DNA of 64,000 nucleotides, from assembly GCA_052327205.1 (NCBI GenBank), contig CM126204.1:220286001-220350000 (forward strand), given 5' to 3'. Position 1 is the first letter of the stretch. Each line of letters opens with the position of its first letter. Position numbers and translations under genes: made by a program. Under the pieces are notes generated by a model, which was not told the DNA's origin, did no database searches, and was given only the letters and a program-made list of their open reading frames with translations. Below are positions 36,638-48,900 of the stretch, in pieces. This DNA is from Somniosus microcephalus (taxonomy: Eukaryota).

Positions 36638-38089
36638 CATGGGAGTTTAAATGGACCAGGTCCCAGAATATTGGTCTAACCATGTGCATGGGAGTTTGGA
36701 TGGACTTCAGGTCTCCGAATCCTAAGTTCTGTGCAGTCCTTGTGAATGTGACCCTCTAATGATGGGAATCACATTGCAGGGTACAGGACTCCCTACTTCA
36801 GAGCTCCCAGCAAAGTAATATTGCTCAACGCACACAAGTGCCTGGTTTGGATGAAGATATTATCCCCTGGAAGTGCAGTGGGCCACTCGACTTTCAGTAG
36901 AGTGTGAGGAGAGGGGTCGAGTGGGGGGGGCGGGACTCTTTCTCTCTGTCTTCAGTACCTAACCTCTGACTGTCAAAGCAGCACTGGTGTCATAGCTGTG
37001 CAGGTGAGGGGGGAGGGAGCAGGGCTGGGGGATGGTGGGGAGAGGTTCATGCTTCATTGTTGGCTTGTTTTCCCAGCTGAAGGTTTCAGTGACAACAGGG
37101 GAGAACCCAAAAGTTAACAAAAACAAAAAAGCTAAAGAATGAACGAGGTGCACACAAATTAGGCCTTAGTTTAACATCCTGTGCTTCCACTGGGTTTCTG
37201 GAGCTGTGCTTCAAGGTAAATTAAGAGTGAGCATGATGGTTGTTGCAATGATGGTCGAGGGGCAGGGGCCTGGCTGGTTTTCCTGCCGGCGTTCTAGGTC
37301 TCGATGGAATTTAAATGCTTCTTGTGCTCTTTGTGCGGTGCGTGTGCGTGTCTGTTGCTGGCTTTTAAATTGGATCATTACTGCGCGCACGTGCGTGTGC
37401 ATGCACACATTGATGTCAGTGTGCATGCGTGTCTGGGCGCTAGCACGTCTGCGTGGGTGTGTTCCTGTCTCAATGGCGCCCTTAATGAGGTGCCCTCCCA
37501 TGTGATCCTGTATGGTAAACGCCCATTGGCTGCCCCTTGGGTTTCCGTGGATGCGCCGGCACATGTGCATGCTTGTCAGGGAGGCGGCCATGCCATTCAT
37601 ACTGGTTACCCGCCACGTGCTGTGCAGCTCAGCGCGTTTCCCCGGGTGCGTGCTCCAGCACAGACAAGGAAATTTACCATGTCTAGATGTTGATCTTCCA
37701 TTGCTTTTTGTCGTGCGTTTCATACACGTGGACCTTTCGGTTTCCCAGAAAAAGCAAGTCACAGAGAATGATTGCCGTGCCGGCTACAGTCAGTCAGCCT
37801 CGGCGGAACTGCCCATGGTTTTCGGGATGTGATGTTAATACTGGAGTCCTCCTGCCCCACCACCCATCACGCTCGGTGGCACCTTGCCCCGCAGAAGGTG
37901 CCACCGCCTAGGCCGACTCGGAGTCAATGTTCTTTCCCGGCCTATGTGGGCTGCGTCTCATTGTGGCCGGTTTACCACTCCAGATATGATGTGATACGGA
38001 GATGAGGGAGGAGAGTGAAAGAAATTCCAATCACAATCCGGCCCAGATTTGGGCAGTAGGCAAATCCCAATTGATCCAGAAATATCCAC

Positions 38090-38340
38090 TCTGTGTCTGT
38101 GTCTGTGTGAGCATGTCTGTGTGTGTGTGTGGTGTGGCTGGGTGTGATTGTGCATGTGTGTGTGGCTATGTCTGTGTGAGCATTTCTGTGTGTGTGGTGT
38201 TGTGTCTGTGGCTTGGTGTGATTGTGTGTGTGTGTTTGTGTCTGTGTCAGGTTGTTGTGTGTGTGCTGAGCCTGTGTGAATGCGCACACATATGTGTGTG
38301 TGCACGTGCACATTGTAAGGGTACGTGCATGTGTATACAT
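38090..38340. repeat. Degenerate (TG)n microsatellite
   Basis: TG-rich low-complexity tract. Confidence 0.9.
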
Positions 38341-39554
38341 GGCCCTATCTCCCAACCTGGCTGTACAGAGCTGTGCGTGAATGATCTGCATTCTCATTAA
38401 CAGAGAAAGGTTTTATTTTTAAAAAGTGTTGACTTTTTTCAGATAGGATTGCAAATTGCAGTGTTGCGAGCTGTCACTCTGATTCAGTGACCATGGTCAG
38501 TGATCTGCTGGATTAAGTAGTTAGCTAGACAACTCACTGCAACCCGATTGGGTGATTTGGAAGACAGTTGAAATTGAGGGCGCTGTGGGTTCTGTTAGGT
38601 TTCAGCGTTTGGTGATTATTAATAATAATAATTCAACTTTATTGTCATTGTACAATGCACAAGTACATGAACAACGAAATGTGATCTTGCAAGCTCCCAT
38701 GAGTCCAGTCCAAATAACATTAACATTAAATGTAAATAGCACCGTCCTGGGAGAAGCAAAGCCGCTGCGCCTCTGCGTGCCGCCATTCCATTTCCACCAT
38801 TCCTCCTGTCTGACAATCTTCAGCCCAACGCCTGTGCCTGCTCATCAGCCGCCCCTCCCGGAGCTGCTTCTGTGACCTTCTCATCAACTGCCCCTCTGTG
38901 GGGCTCCTTCTGTGACCTTCTGCAGCTGGTCATACCCTGATGGTCACCCCTCCAGGTACTAACCAGGCCTGGCCCTGCTTAGCTTCCAAGCCTTGCCAGT
39001 GACCCTGTCCCTAGTCCCAGGAACAGGGCCCAACTGTCCAGTTTTGAAATGGCAACATCTGATAAACCAGTGCCACCATGGATCAACCCTCCTGGGATAT
39101 ACTCCGGGTACCAGGGCAATACCATAAAAAGTTCCTGAAGTGATGCCGTGGGCAACAGTCCACAAATACGCGACACGTCTGTCCGAGATTTTACTCTCAG
39201 CGGAATTGTTACCCTCTTAAATAGAAATGTGAGAATGTTTCAACTGAACTGGCGATCAGAGGAATTTCAGGGCCAGGGTGTCTAACGGGCAAGGCCTCTG
39301 GGCACTGCCAGGAGTCCCCTGTGCACCCTGACCCCCCACCCGCCGCAACTTACTGTCCAATAGAATGCTAAAGGTGGAAATTTACCCCAGATGTAAAAAG
39401 TGCCAATTCATTCATATCCACCTTGAGACTTTGAAAGCATTGTTGCTGTGACGATGGGTTAGATTCAATTTACTGCTTGCTTATTTCATCCTCTCCTTTC
39501 ATCGACATTGACCTCTGGGATTGTAATATTATATCCCACTTCCACTCCCCATTT

Positions 39555-39895
39555 TCTACTCTTCTCTTATTCCCCTTCTCTCTCCTTTCCTCCCACTCTT
39601 CTCCTTTTTCCTCCCCTCATCTTTCAGCTCCTTTCCTCTCCGCTTGCTTTCTACCCTTTCTCTTCTCTCCTCTCTTCTGCTGTCCTCTCCTCTCCTCTAC
39701 CCTCCTCCCCCTCCCCTCTCCGCTCCTGTCCTCTCCTCTCTTTTCTTCTCCTCTCCTCTCCTCTCCTCTCCTCTCCTCCCCTCTCTGCTCCTCTCCTCTC
39801 CCTCTCCTCCCCTCTCTGCTCCTTTCCCCTCTCCGCTCCTTCCCTCTCTCGCCTCCTCTCCCTCTCCTCCCCTCTCCACTCCTCCCCCCACCTAC
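39555..39895. repeat. Polypyrimidine (CCTCT)n tract
   Basis: Almost pure C/T. Confidence 0.92.
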
Positions 39896-40609
39896 CTTGT
39901 GAATTGCCCAAGAGGGGTTGTTAAGTGCAGGAACACAGTAGTAGTGGGGGATTGAATAGTGAGAGTAGAGGGGAGGGCCGATTCTCCTCTCCAGGCTCCA
40001 CAGGGTGCAGTCAGGTGCAGCATACCAGAGGTGCACTGCGCTTATGGAGAGAGGAGCCTGGTCAAGTGTCCTGGCCTGGGTTCTTTGCAAAGGCCAGGAT
40101 CTCTCCTGGCTGTCGGGGCCTTGAGGAGGGAGGCAGGAGCAGGGACCCAGCTGAAGGCCAACGGAGGGACCTGTGGCCATGCCTTGGCCAGCATTATTGG
40201 GGCCTTCTGGCTGAGACTGGAGACTGAGACAGCAACCCCGATGCTCGAAATCGTGCTGGGGTGGTCGGGGGAGGAAGTTTAATTTACCTTGAGTGGGACA
40301 ATCTTCAGGCTTCCCCATGGACCCTGCAAACCCATCAAGGGTCCGAGCAGTCATTTGTTTTTGAGGGGAACATCGCTCCGTATGGGCAGTCACAGTTGTA
40401 GCAAGAGGACAATGAGGGGGCAGGAGGTTGGGAATGCTCCCCTCCTGCCTTATCTACCTGGTTACGTAGGTACTGCAGGCAAGCTACATCAATCCAGGAA
40501 ACCCAAGAAATCTCAGGGCAATGTTTTTGAGGTGAAGTGGGAGGCTGATGACCTGTGATGCCAACCAACCATTTCTTCTTCGCTATACCTGCGACCTCAA
40601 TTTTCACTC

Positions 40610-40850
40610 AGGGCAGTGAACAGGAAGGTCCACTCGAGTTATTTCCACAACTGTAGATGTGAGGCCTGAATGGTGAATTACCTTCCAGGTGTCAGGGTAA
40701 GGGACAATATGAAGCAAGTGCAGAAGCTCTTGGGATTCGGTGAGGTGCAGATCAGCCAGAAGTCATGGTTCATGTCGGGACCAATGATATTAGAGAGGAA
40801 TTGGATTCAGGTCTTGCAACAACAGCTCCAGGGAACTAAGTGATGGATTA
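40610..40850 (+). mobile_element. CR1 ORF1 SGNH-esterase remnant
   Basis: LPGVRVRD...QPEVMVHVGTNDI motif across a frameshift. Confidence 0.7.
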
Positions 40851-41320
40851 AAAACAGAAATCGCTGGAAATACTCAGCAGATCAGGCGACATCTGTGGAG
40901 AGAGAAATAAAGTTAATGTTTCAGGTCGATAACCTTTCGTCAGTACTGGAAAAAGTTAGAGATGTCACAGGTTTTAAGCAAGTGCAGGGGCAGGGAAAGA
41001 GGGGACGGGAGGAAGGAACAAAAGGGAAGCTCTGTGATAGGATGGAAGGCAGGAGAGATTAAATGACAAAAGAGATGATGGTGCAAGGTGAAAGAAGACG
41101 GTAATGGGACAAGTAAAGAAGCAAAAGATGGGTCTGGAGGAGGTGTAAATGGCAACAGCAGAATCATTAGCAGCACCTGCTGTCTGAAAAAATGGGCGCA
41201 GTGGTTATGATCTGAAGTTGTTGAAATCGATGTTGAGTCCGGAAGGCTATAAAGTGCCTAATTGATGGATGGGATGCTGTTCCTCGATCTTCTGTTGAAC
41301 TTCATTGGAACAGTGTGGGA
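40850..41320 (-). mobile_element. Penelope-like element 3' remnant
   Basis: QQKIEEQHPIHQLGTL GIY-YIG tail; similar to 22935-23420; hammerhead-like core at 40905-40943. Confidence 0.75.
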
Positions 41321-42986
41321 GATGGCTCAAGTGATGGATTAAGCAATAGGATCTCAAAATGGCAATCTCAGGCGTGCTACCAGTCCCGGGTGCTAGCCAG
41401 TACAGTTGGCTTGCTAACCCTCCGGGACTGTCCTGGAGTCTCCAGGAATCTCCCAATAATGCTGCAAGCAACCAGGGAGAAAAAACACAGGGACATGAAA
41501 ATAAATTGTTTTTTTACCATTTCCTTTGAACACTTCTGTTTATTAGTTACCAAAATATTGGAGATGAGGAAGCAAGGCTGTTTGACTGACAGTCAAGGGT
41601 CATCCACTGGGGCAACAAAGAGCCTGTTGGTTTTGTCGAGGGAAATTGCGGTACAGCATAGATGGACGTGTTGGCGACTAATGGCGGGAGCGGGTTGGGG
41701 GGGTGGGGACGGGACAGTTGGAGGTGGGAGGTGATGTGATGAAACCTCTCGGAACACATCCAACCAGAGTTGGCCCCAGGTGCAGGAGCAGCCAGACTGA
41801 GGAAGTAAATGCATAGCTCGAGACCTGAGGGGCGGTTCAGATTCCTGGGACATTGGGACCCGTTATACCAACAGGCCAGTCTGCACCTGACCTGAGCAGA
41901 GCTGGGACAACTATTCTCAGTGGGGAGGAGAATAGTTAACTAGGGCTTTGGGGGAGCTGCTTGGGCAAAGCAGGGCGGGGCCAAGTAAGGCAGTAATGCA
42001 GGAAGGGAAAGTAAGCTGCCTAAGGTATGTTTTCCGGGGCTCTGCTGGCAGCGGCCAGAACGTCAGACTCATAACCACAGGCGTCGATTTCCCCACCGCC
42101 GCTTTGGGTTCCAAACTGAGGCCTCGCTACCAGAATGCACAGAGCATGGTCACATCGAAGAATTGTGGTCCCGCATTGGAAATCTTGATGCCAGCTGAGG
42201 GGCCGCCCACATTTCAGACATGCACAGTACGGATCCTGGGCCAAGTAGGTCTCTTAAAGGTAGGTGATGTGCAGACAAGTGCTTTTTCGTGTGTGTTTCC
42301 CAGACATTGCTGCTGCATTTTTAGTCCATTCGACACTTCATTTTGCCATTTTTTTGGGCAGTGCTTCTCTTCACTATTCTTGCTTGTTGCTGGCAGTTCC
42401 GTGGCATGGCATAAAGAAAGTGGTGAGCTCTCCTTTTGGGATTCTGAATGTTCTGGCTGCTTCAGGCAAGGATGAAGAGCTTGTGAGGGGGCCATCAAAG
42501 GCAGGCACGACCACACCTGAGGCGTTTTGTCCACACCCGTCAACTACCCCGCCAATGGGTTGATGGTCTCTTGAACACGCGTCAGGGAAAGACTTGGTCT
42601 GTGCTACCTCCACTTCGCAAGGCAACATCTGGAGCAGGAACAGGTCTTCCCATAGAAGTGAAGGGGTCACCACAGCATGAAGCTTTCCTTCTGTCGGATT
42701 CATCCAAATCAGCGTAGGGATGTGCCCCACCTCAGGTGGGCCACAGTCCAAAGACCTGTGTCAAGCGAGTGGCAGACATATTCAAGGGGAAACACCTCTG
42801 CTTCCCCCCTGCAAAAGGAGGCATTGACTAGAGTGGAGGCAGAGCTTACCCTTGAGGGCAAGGTGTGGCAGATGGAACCCACATGGGAAATGCGGGTTTG
42901 TCACAGCAACACTACGGTCCACGTGCAAAGAATGGGTTTGCACTCAGTGGATGTTCAGATGGCTCTGAGCACAGAGGCATCGTTAT

Positions 42987-43400
42987 AGAAAGAAAGAATT
43001 TGCATTTATATAGTGGCATTCACGATTTCTAGACATCCAAAGTGCTTTGCAGCCAATTGAGTGCTTTTTTGAAGTGTAGTCACTGTTGTAATGTAGGAAA
43101 TGCAGCAGCCCACTTGTGCACAGTGAGATCCCACAAACAGCAATAATGGCCAGGTAATCTGTTATGGTGATATTGGGTGAGGGATAAATAGTGGGCAGGA
43201 TATTGGGGAAAACTCCCCCGCTCTTCTTCGGAATACCGTGGGATCTTTTACGTCTCATCTAAAAGACGGCACCTCCGACAGTGCAGCACTTCCTCAGTAC
43301 TGCACTGAAGTATCAGCCTGGATTGTGTGCTGAAGTCCTGAAGTGGGACTTGAACCTATGACCTTCCGGTGCAGAGGCGAGAGTGCTGCCTGCTGACATG
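42987..43400 (-). mobile_element. Deu-domain tRNA SINE
   Basis: Reverse complement of 89-556. Confidence 0.8.
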
Positions 43401-43759
43401 GCTAATTACACATGTCAATCCAATAAGCAGCCCTGATGTTCAGAGCAAACATCAATTCATGGTGGCTGTATATTTGGAAGGAGAAGTGGGGAGGTAGAGA
43501 AGTGGCTCAGAGGAGACAATAGCTGCTGTCTACACCAAGAAACCGCCAACAGCAGAGGAGGGGTAGTGACTGGTACCCTGAGCATCTGTTTGCTGTTCCA
43601 CCTATTCCTGTGAGCAATAATTGCCACCCAGCTTTGGCAGGATGAGTGTGTACAAAGGGGCAATAGATGGGTCCGATGCTTGAAGTGGTACCTCCTACAC
43701 GTCTGTGGGAGTTGACAAAGAATGTGCAAAAAGTGAGGTGCATGCTCAACTTTGCCTCC

Positions 43760-44030
43760 ACCCTGAGACCCGGATGCCTCTTCCTCCTTTGCAGCCACTT
43801 ATGAGGGAGCTGAGTGGCTACATTGACTCCATCGGCAACCACCCTGCATGTAGCTGGCAACAGTGCTTGTACCAGGCAGTGGCCTTCAGTCCCAAAGAGG
43901 CCCATCCTCCTTCCGTACACCTCTGAAGCAGGACCTCCAACTCTTCAGCACCAAAGGGAGCAAGCAGTGTGGCCCGTATGTTCCTGCTGTGCTATTGCAA
44001 TCAATTTATCCAGTTTTTCTGCCGCCCCCC
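43760..44030 (-). mobile_element. Possible degenerate Harbinger-associated Myb/SANT-like ORF
   Basis: RRMGLFG...VVADGVNV...KWLQRRKR loosely fits a Myb/SANT trihelix pattern. Confidence 0.3.
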
Positions 44031-44619
44031 CCCCACCACAACTTTCCCTTTAAAGGTTAGCTGCGGCCCTTTAAAAGCTGCTGGCTCATTGAATTTTCGG
44101 ATCCACCGCCACACATTCCTCTTTCTGGAAGCTTTTTCCTGTGCCTGCAACCCAGTCTAATCAGGTGGTGGGTTCCCATTGGAAAATTCAATCAGGACCC
44201 AGCCTCTGTGTCTCAGGGACTGGTGAGCCTGTGAATTTTGCCAACCAAACCCCATTTTCCTCTTTATCGGAACATTGGGACCTTGGTGTATTGGTTAAAA
44301 TGGAGAAATTACCTGAGCAAGGATGCCAAACTGAAATGGATCTTTATCTATGGACAGAGTGAAGGAGACAAAACTGGGGAACAGGTTCAGTGTCTAAAAT
44401 AGAAAATCCAGGTCAGGATTGGCAATTAAATACTTGGAGTTAATACTTTCAGGGAGGATAAGGGAGGAAGAAAAATGGAGGAGTGACGAATAGTGTGATT
44501 AACGAGAGACAATTTTAACCCCAAGCGGGTTTCGGGCAGGTGGGGTGGGGGCTGATTTCTTCCTTCTCCTTGTAGCTAAAGAGGAAAGCCACCCTCTACA
44601 GTCTGTAATATAGAATGGA

Positions 44620-45909
44620 ATTATTCAGCCCTTAGGAGAAATGTGAGTTAAGATGAGCTAGAAAGGACAGAATTCTAGGCATCTGGTGCTTGACAATCCT
44701 TAATCGATGTCTTTGAAGAATAGTGACCAGAATAGATAAAGGGAATGCAGTGACACTATGTGGTTCATGTGAATTATCAAAAAGCATTGATGGGGTCTCC
44801 GAGGAGACTTATGAAAGGATAATTGCGCATGGAATTAATGGCAGTGTGATCACATGGATAGAGAGATGGTTGGGGGTCAGAAAGCAAATGCTAGGGGTAA
44901 TAAAATGTTTCTCAAGCAGTGAAGATGTAATGAGTACACAGGCAAAATACTGTGGATGCTGGAAATCTGAAATATAAACATAAAATGCTCAAAATACTCA
45001 GCAGGTCAAACAGCATCTGTTCCACAGGAATCTGGGCTGGGGACTTATTTATGATATAAAATATAAATGATCCAGACTTGGAAATTGAGAGAATAATATT
45101 TGCTAATGAAGCTAAATTGGAGGGCGTGTGGCAAATTGTGAGGATTGCAAAAGACTGCAGGAGGACATAGGCAGTCTCGTAAGATGGGCAGGTAGATGGA
45201 GGATGCAGTTCAATGCAGAGAAATTTTTGGCAGATTATTCCACATTCTCACTGCCCTCTGTGTAAAGAAATATTTTTAAATTTCCCCTTATTCCTGTTTG
45301 TGATCATCTTAAATTAGTGGCCTTAACATCTCCCCAACCCATTTGGGAAATAAGAACAGGGATTGGAAATCCATCTTCGTGGTTAGAGTTGAAACACTGT
45401 AGAGGAGCAGAGGTTTGTGGGTCACTAAAGGAAGCAGTCCAAGTAGATAAGAATATAAAAAAGGCAAACAGAATCTTTGACTATGTATCTACAAGCAGAG
45501 AATACAAAAGCAAGGAAGTAATATTGAGTTCAGCCAATTCCTGAGTCAAGACCTCAGTGCAAGAGCTAAATTAGGCTGCAATTGGAGTTTTCTGCACAGT
45601 TTTGGACACCAATGATATGAAGGGTATAAATGTAATGGACAAGGTGTAGCATAGATTCACCAGGATGTCACCAGGGATGAAAAGAAAAGGAGCTTGAAAA
45701 GGTAGGTTTTTTTCTAACAGGGGCTGAGAAGGTCGAGGTCCTCCAGATTATAAAAGGTTCTGAGCAGGTAAATAGTGATCGATGGTTTCCATTGGTTGGG
45801 GAGATGTTAAGGACACCAATTTAAGATGATCACAAACAGGAATAAGGGGAAATTTAAAACATTTCTTTACACAGAGGGCAGAGAGAATGTGGAATAATCT
45901 GCCAAAAAT
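44620..45909 (+). mobile_element. Degenerate CR1 LINE RT and 3' remnant with internal inverted duplication
   Basis: TRIDKGNAV, AHGINGSVITWIERWL, KKANRIF...EYKSKEVIL, FFTQRAERMWNNLP. Confidence 0.8.
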
Positions 45910-48900
45910 GAATGCAGGAGAGAAGGATTAGACTAGGTGCAATATTAAAGAGAATGGGGAGTGAGCAGGAGAGGAGGATTAGACAGGGTGTGAGCAAAAG
46001 AGAATGGGGAGTGAGCAGGAGAGGAGGTTTAGACTGGGTGCGATATTAAAGAGAATGGGGAGTGAGCAAGAGAGGAGGATTAGACTGGGTGTGATATTAA
46101 AGAGAATGGGGAGTGAGCAGGAGAGGAGCATTAGACTGGGTGTGATATTAAAGAGAATGGGGAGTGAGCAGGAGAGAAGGATTAGACTGGGTGTGATATT
46201 AAAGAGAATGGGGAGTGAGCCGGAGAGGCGGATTAGACTGGGTGTGATATTAAAGAGAATGGGGAGTGAGCAGGAGAGGGTGATTAGACTGGGTGTGATA
46301 TTAAAGAGAATGGGGAGTGAGCAGGAGAGGAGGGTTAGACTGGGTGTGATATTAAAGAGAGTGGGGAGTGAGCATGAGAGGAGGATTAGACTGGGTGTGA
46401 TATTAAAGAGAATGGGGAGTGAGCAGGAGAGAAGGATTAGACTGGGTGTGATATTAAAGAGAATGGGGAGTGAGCAGCAGAGGAGGATTAGAATGGGTGT
46501 GATATTAAAGAGAATGTGGAGTGAGCAGGAGAGGAGGATTAGACTGGGTGTGATATTAAATAGAATGGGGAGTGCGCAGGAGAGGAGGGTTAGACTGGGT
46601 GTGATATTAATGAGAATGGGGTGTGAGCAGGAGAGGAGGATTAGACTGGGTGTGATATTAAAGAGAATGGGGAGTGCGCAGGAGAGGAGGATTAGACTGG
46701 GTGTGATATTAAAGAGAGTGGGGAGTGAGCAGGAGAGGAGGATTAGACTGGGTGTGATATTAATGAGAATGGGGTGTGAGCAGGAGAGGAGGATTAGACT
46801 GGGTGTGATATTATTGAGAATGGGGTGTGAGCATGAGAGGAGGATTAGACTGGGTGTGATATTATTGAGAATGGGGAGTGAGCAGGAGAGGAGGATTAGA
46901 CTGGGTGTGATATTAAAGAGAATGGGAAGTGAGCAGGAGAGGATGATTAGACTGGGTGTGATATTATTGAGAATGGGGAGTGAGCAGGAGAGAAGGATTA
47001 GACTGGGTGTGATATTATTGAGAATGGGGTGTGAGCGGGAGAGGAGGATTAGACTGGGTGTGATATTAAAGATAATGGGGAGTGAGCAGGAGAGAAGGAT
47101 TAGACTGGGTGTGATATTAAAGATATTGGGGATAGTGCAGGAGTGGAGGATTAGACTGGGTGTCATATTAAACAGAATGGGGAGTGAGCAGGAGAGGAGG
47201 ATTAGACTGGGTGTGATATTAAAGAGAATGTGGAGTGAGCAGGAGAGGAGGATTAGACTGGGTGTGATATTAAAGAGAGTGGGGAGTGAGCAGGAGGAGG
47301 AGGATTAGACTGGGTGTGATATTAAAGAGAGTGGGGAGTGAGCAGGAGAGGAGGATTAGACTGGGTGTGATATTAACGAGAATGGGGAGTGAGCAGGAGA
47401 GGAGGATTAGACTGGGTGTGATATTAATGAGAATGGGGAGTGAGCAGGAGAGGAGGATTAGACTGGGTGTGATATTAATGAGAATGGGGAGTGAGCAGGA
47501 GAGGAGGATTAAACTGGGTGTGATATTAATGAGAATGGGGAGTGAGCAGGAGAGTAGGATTAGACTGGGTGTGATATTAAACAGAATGGGGAGTGAGCAG
47601 GAGAGGAGGATTAGACTGGGTGTGATATTAAAGGGAGTGGGGAGTGAGCAGGAGTGGAGGATTAGACTGGGTGTGATATTAATAAGAATGGGGAGTGCGC
47701 AGGAGAGGAGAATTAGAATGGGTGTGATATTAATGAGAATGGGGAGTGAGCAGGAGAGGAGGATTAGATTGGGTGTGATATTAATGAGAATGGGGAGTGA
47801 GCAGGAGAGGAGGATTAGACTGGGTGTGATATTAATGAGAATGGGGAGTGAGCAGGAGAGGAGGATTAGACTGGGTGTGATATTAAAGGGAATGAGGAGT
47901 GAGAAGGAGAGAAGGATTAGACTGGGTGTGATATTAAAGAGAATGAGGAGTGAGCAGGAGAGGAGGATTAGACTGGATGTGATATTAAAGGGAATGAGGA
48001 GTGAGAAGGAGAGAAGGATTAGACTGGGTGTGATATTAAAGAGAATGAGGAGTGAGCAGGAGAGGAGGATTAGACTCGGTGTGATATTCAAGAGAATGAG
48101 GAGTGAGCAGGAGAGGAGGATTAGACTGGGTGTGATATTAAAGAGAATGTGGAGTGAGCAGGAGAGGAGGGTTAGACTGGGTGTGATATTAATGAGAATG
48201 GGGTGTGAGCAGGAGAGGAGGATTAGACTGGGTGTGATATTAAAGAGAATGGGGAGTGAGCAGGAGAGGAGGGTTAGACTGGCTGTGATATTAATGAGAA
48301 TGGGGTGTGAGCAGGAGAGGAGGATTAGACTGGGTGTGAAATTATTGAGAATGGGGAGTGAGCAGGAGAGGAGGATTAGACTGGGTGTGATATTAAAGAG
48401 AATGGGGAGAGAGCAGGAGAGGAGGATTAGACTGGGTGTGATATTAAAGAGAATCGGGAGTGAGCAGGAGAGAAGGATTAGACTGGGTGTGATATTAAAG
48501 AGAATGGGGAGTGAGCAGGAGAGGAGGATTAGACTCGGTGTGATATTAAAAAAAATGGGGTGGGAGCAGGAGAGGAGGATTAGACTGGGTGTGATATTAA
48601 AGAGAATGGGGAGTGAGCAGGAGAGGAGGATTAGACTGGGTGTGATATTAAAGAGAATGGGGAGTGAGCAGGAGAGGAGGATTAGACTGAGTGCAATATT
48701 AAAGAGAATGGGGAGTGAGCACGAGAGAAGGATTAGACTGGGTGTGATATTAAAGAGAGTGGGGAGTGAGCAGGAGAGGAGGATTAGACTGGGTGTGATA
48801 TTAAAGAGAATGGGGAGTGAGCAGGAGAGGAGGATTAGATTGGGTGTGATATTAAAGAGAATGGAGAATGAGCAGGAGAGGAGGATTAGACTGGGTGCGA

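Noticed and set aside
37958-39955. His/Thr-, Cys/Val-, Leu/Ser/Pro- and Glu/Arg/Gly-rich ORFs
   Set aside because: Translations of (TG)n and (CCTCT)n low-complexity tracts
21888-45900. Further PBX exons (GSSSSFNMSNSGDLF..., VDTLRHVI...)
   Set aside because: Not found by eye; they probably lie outside the window
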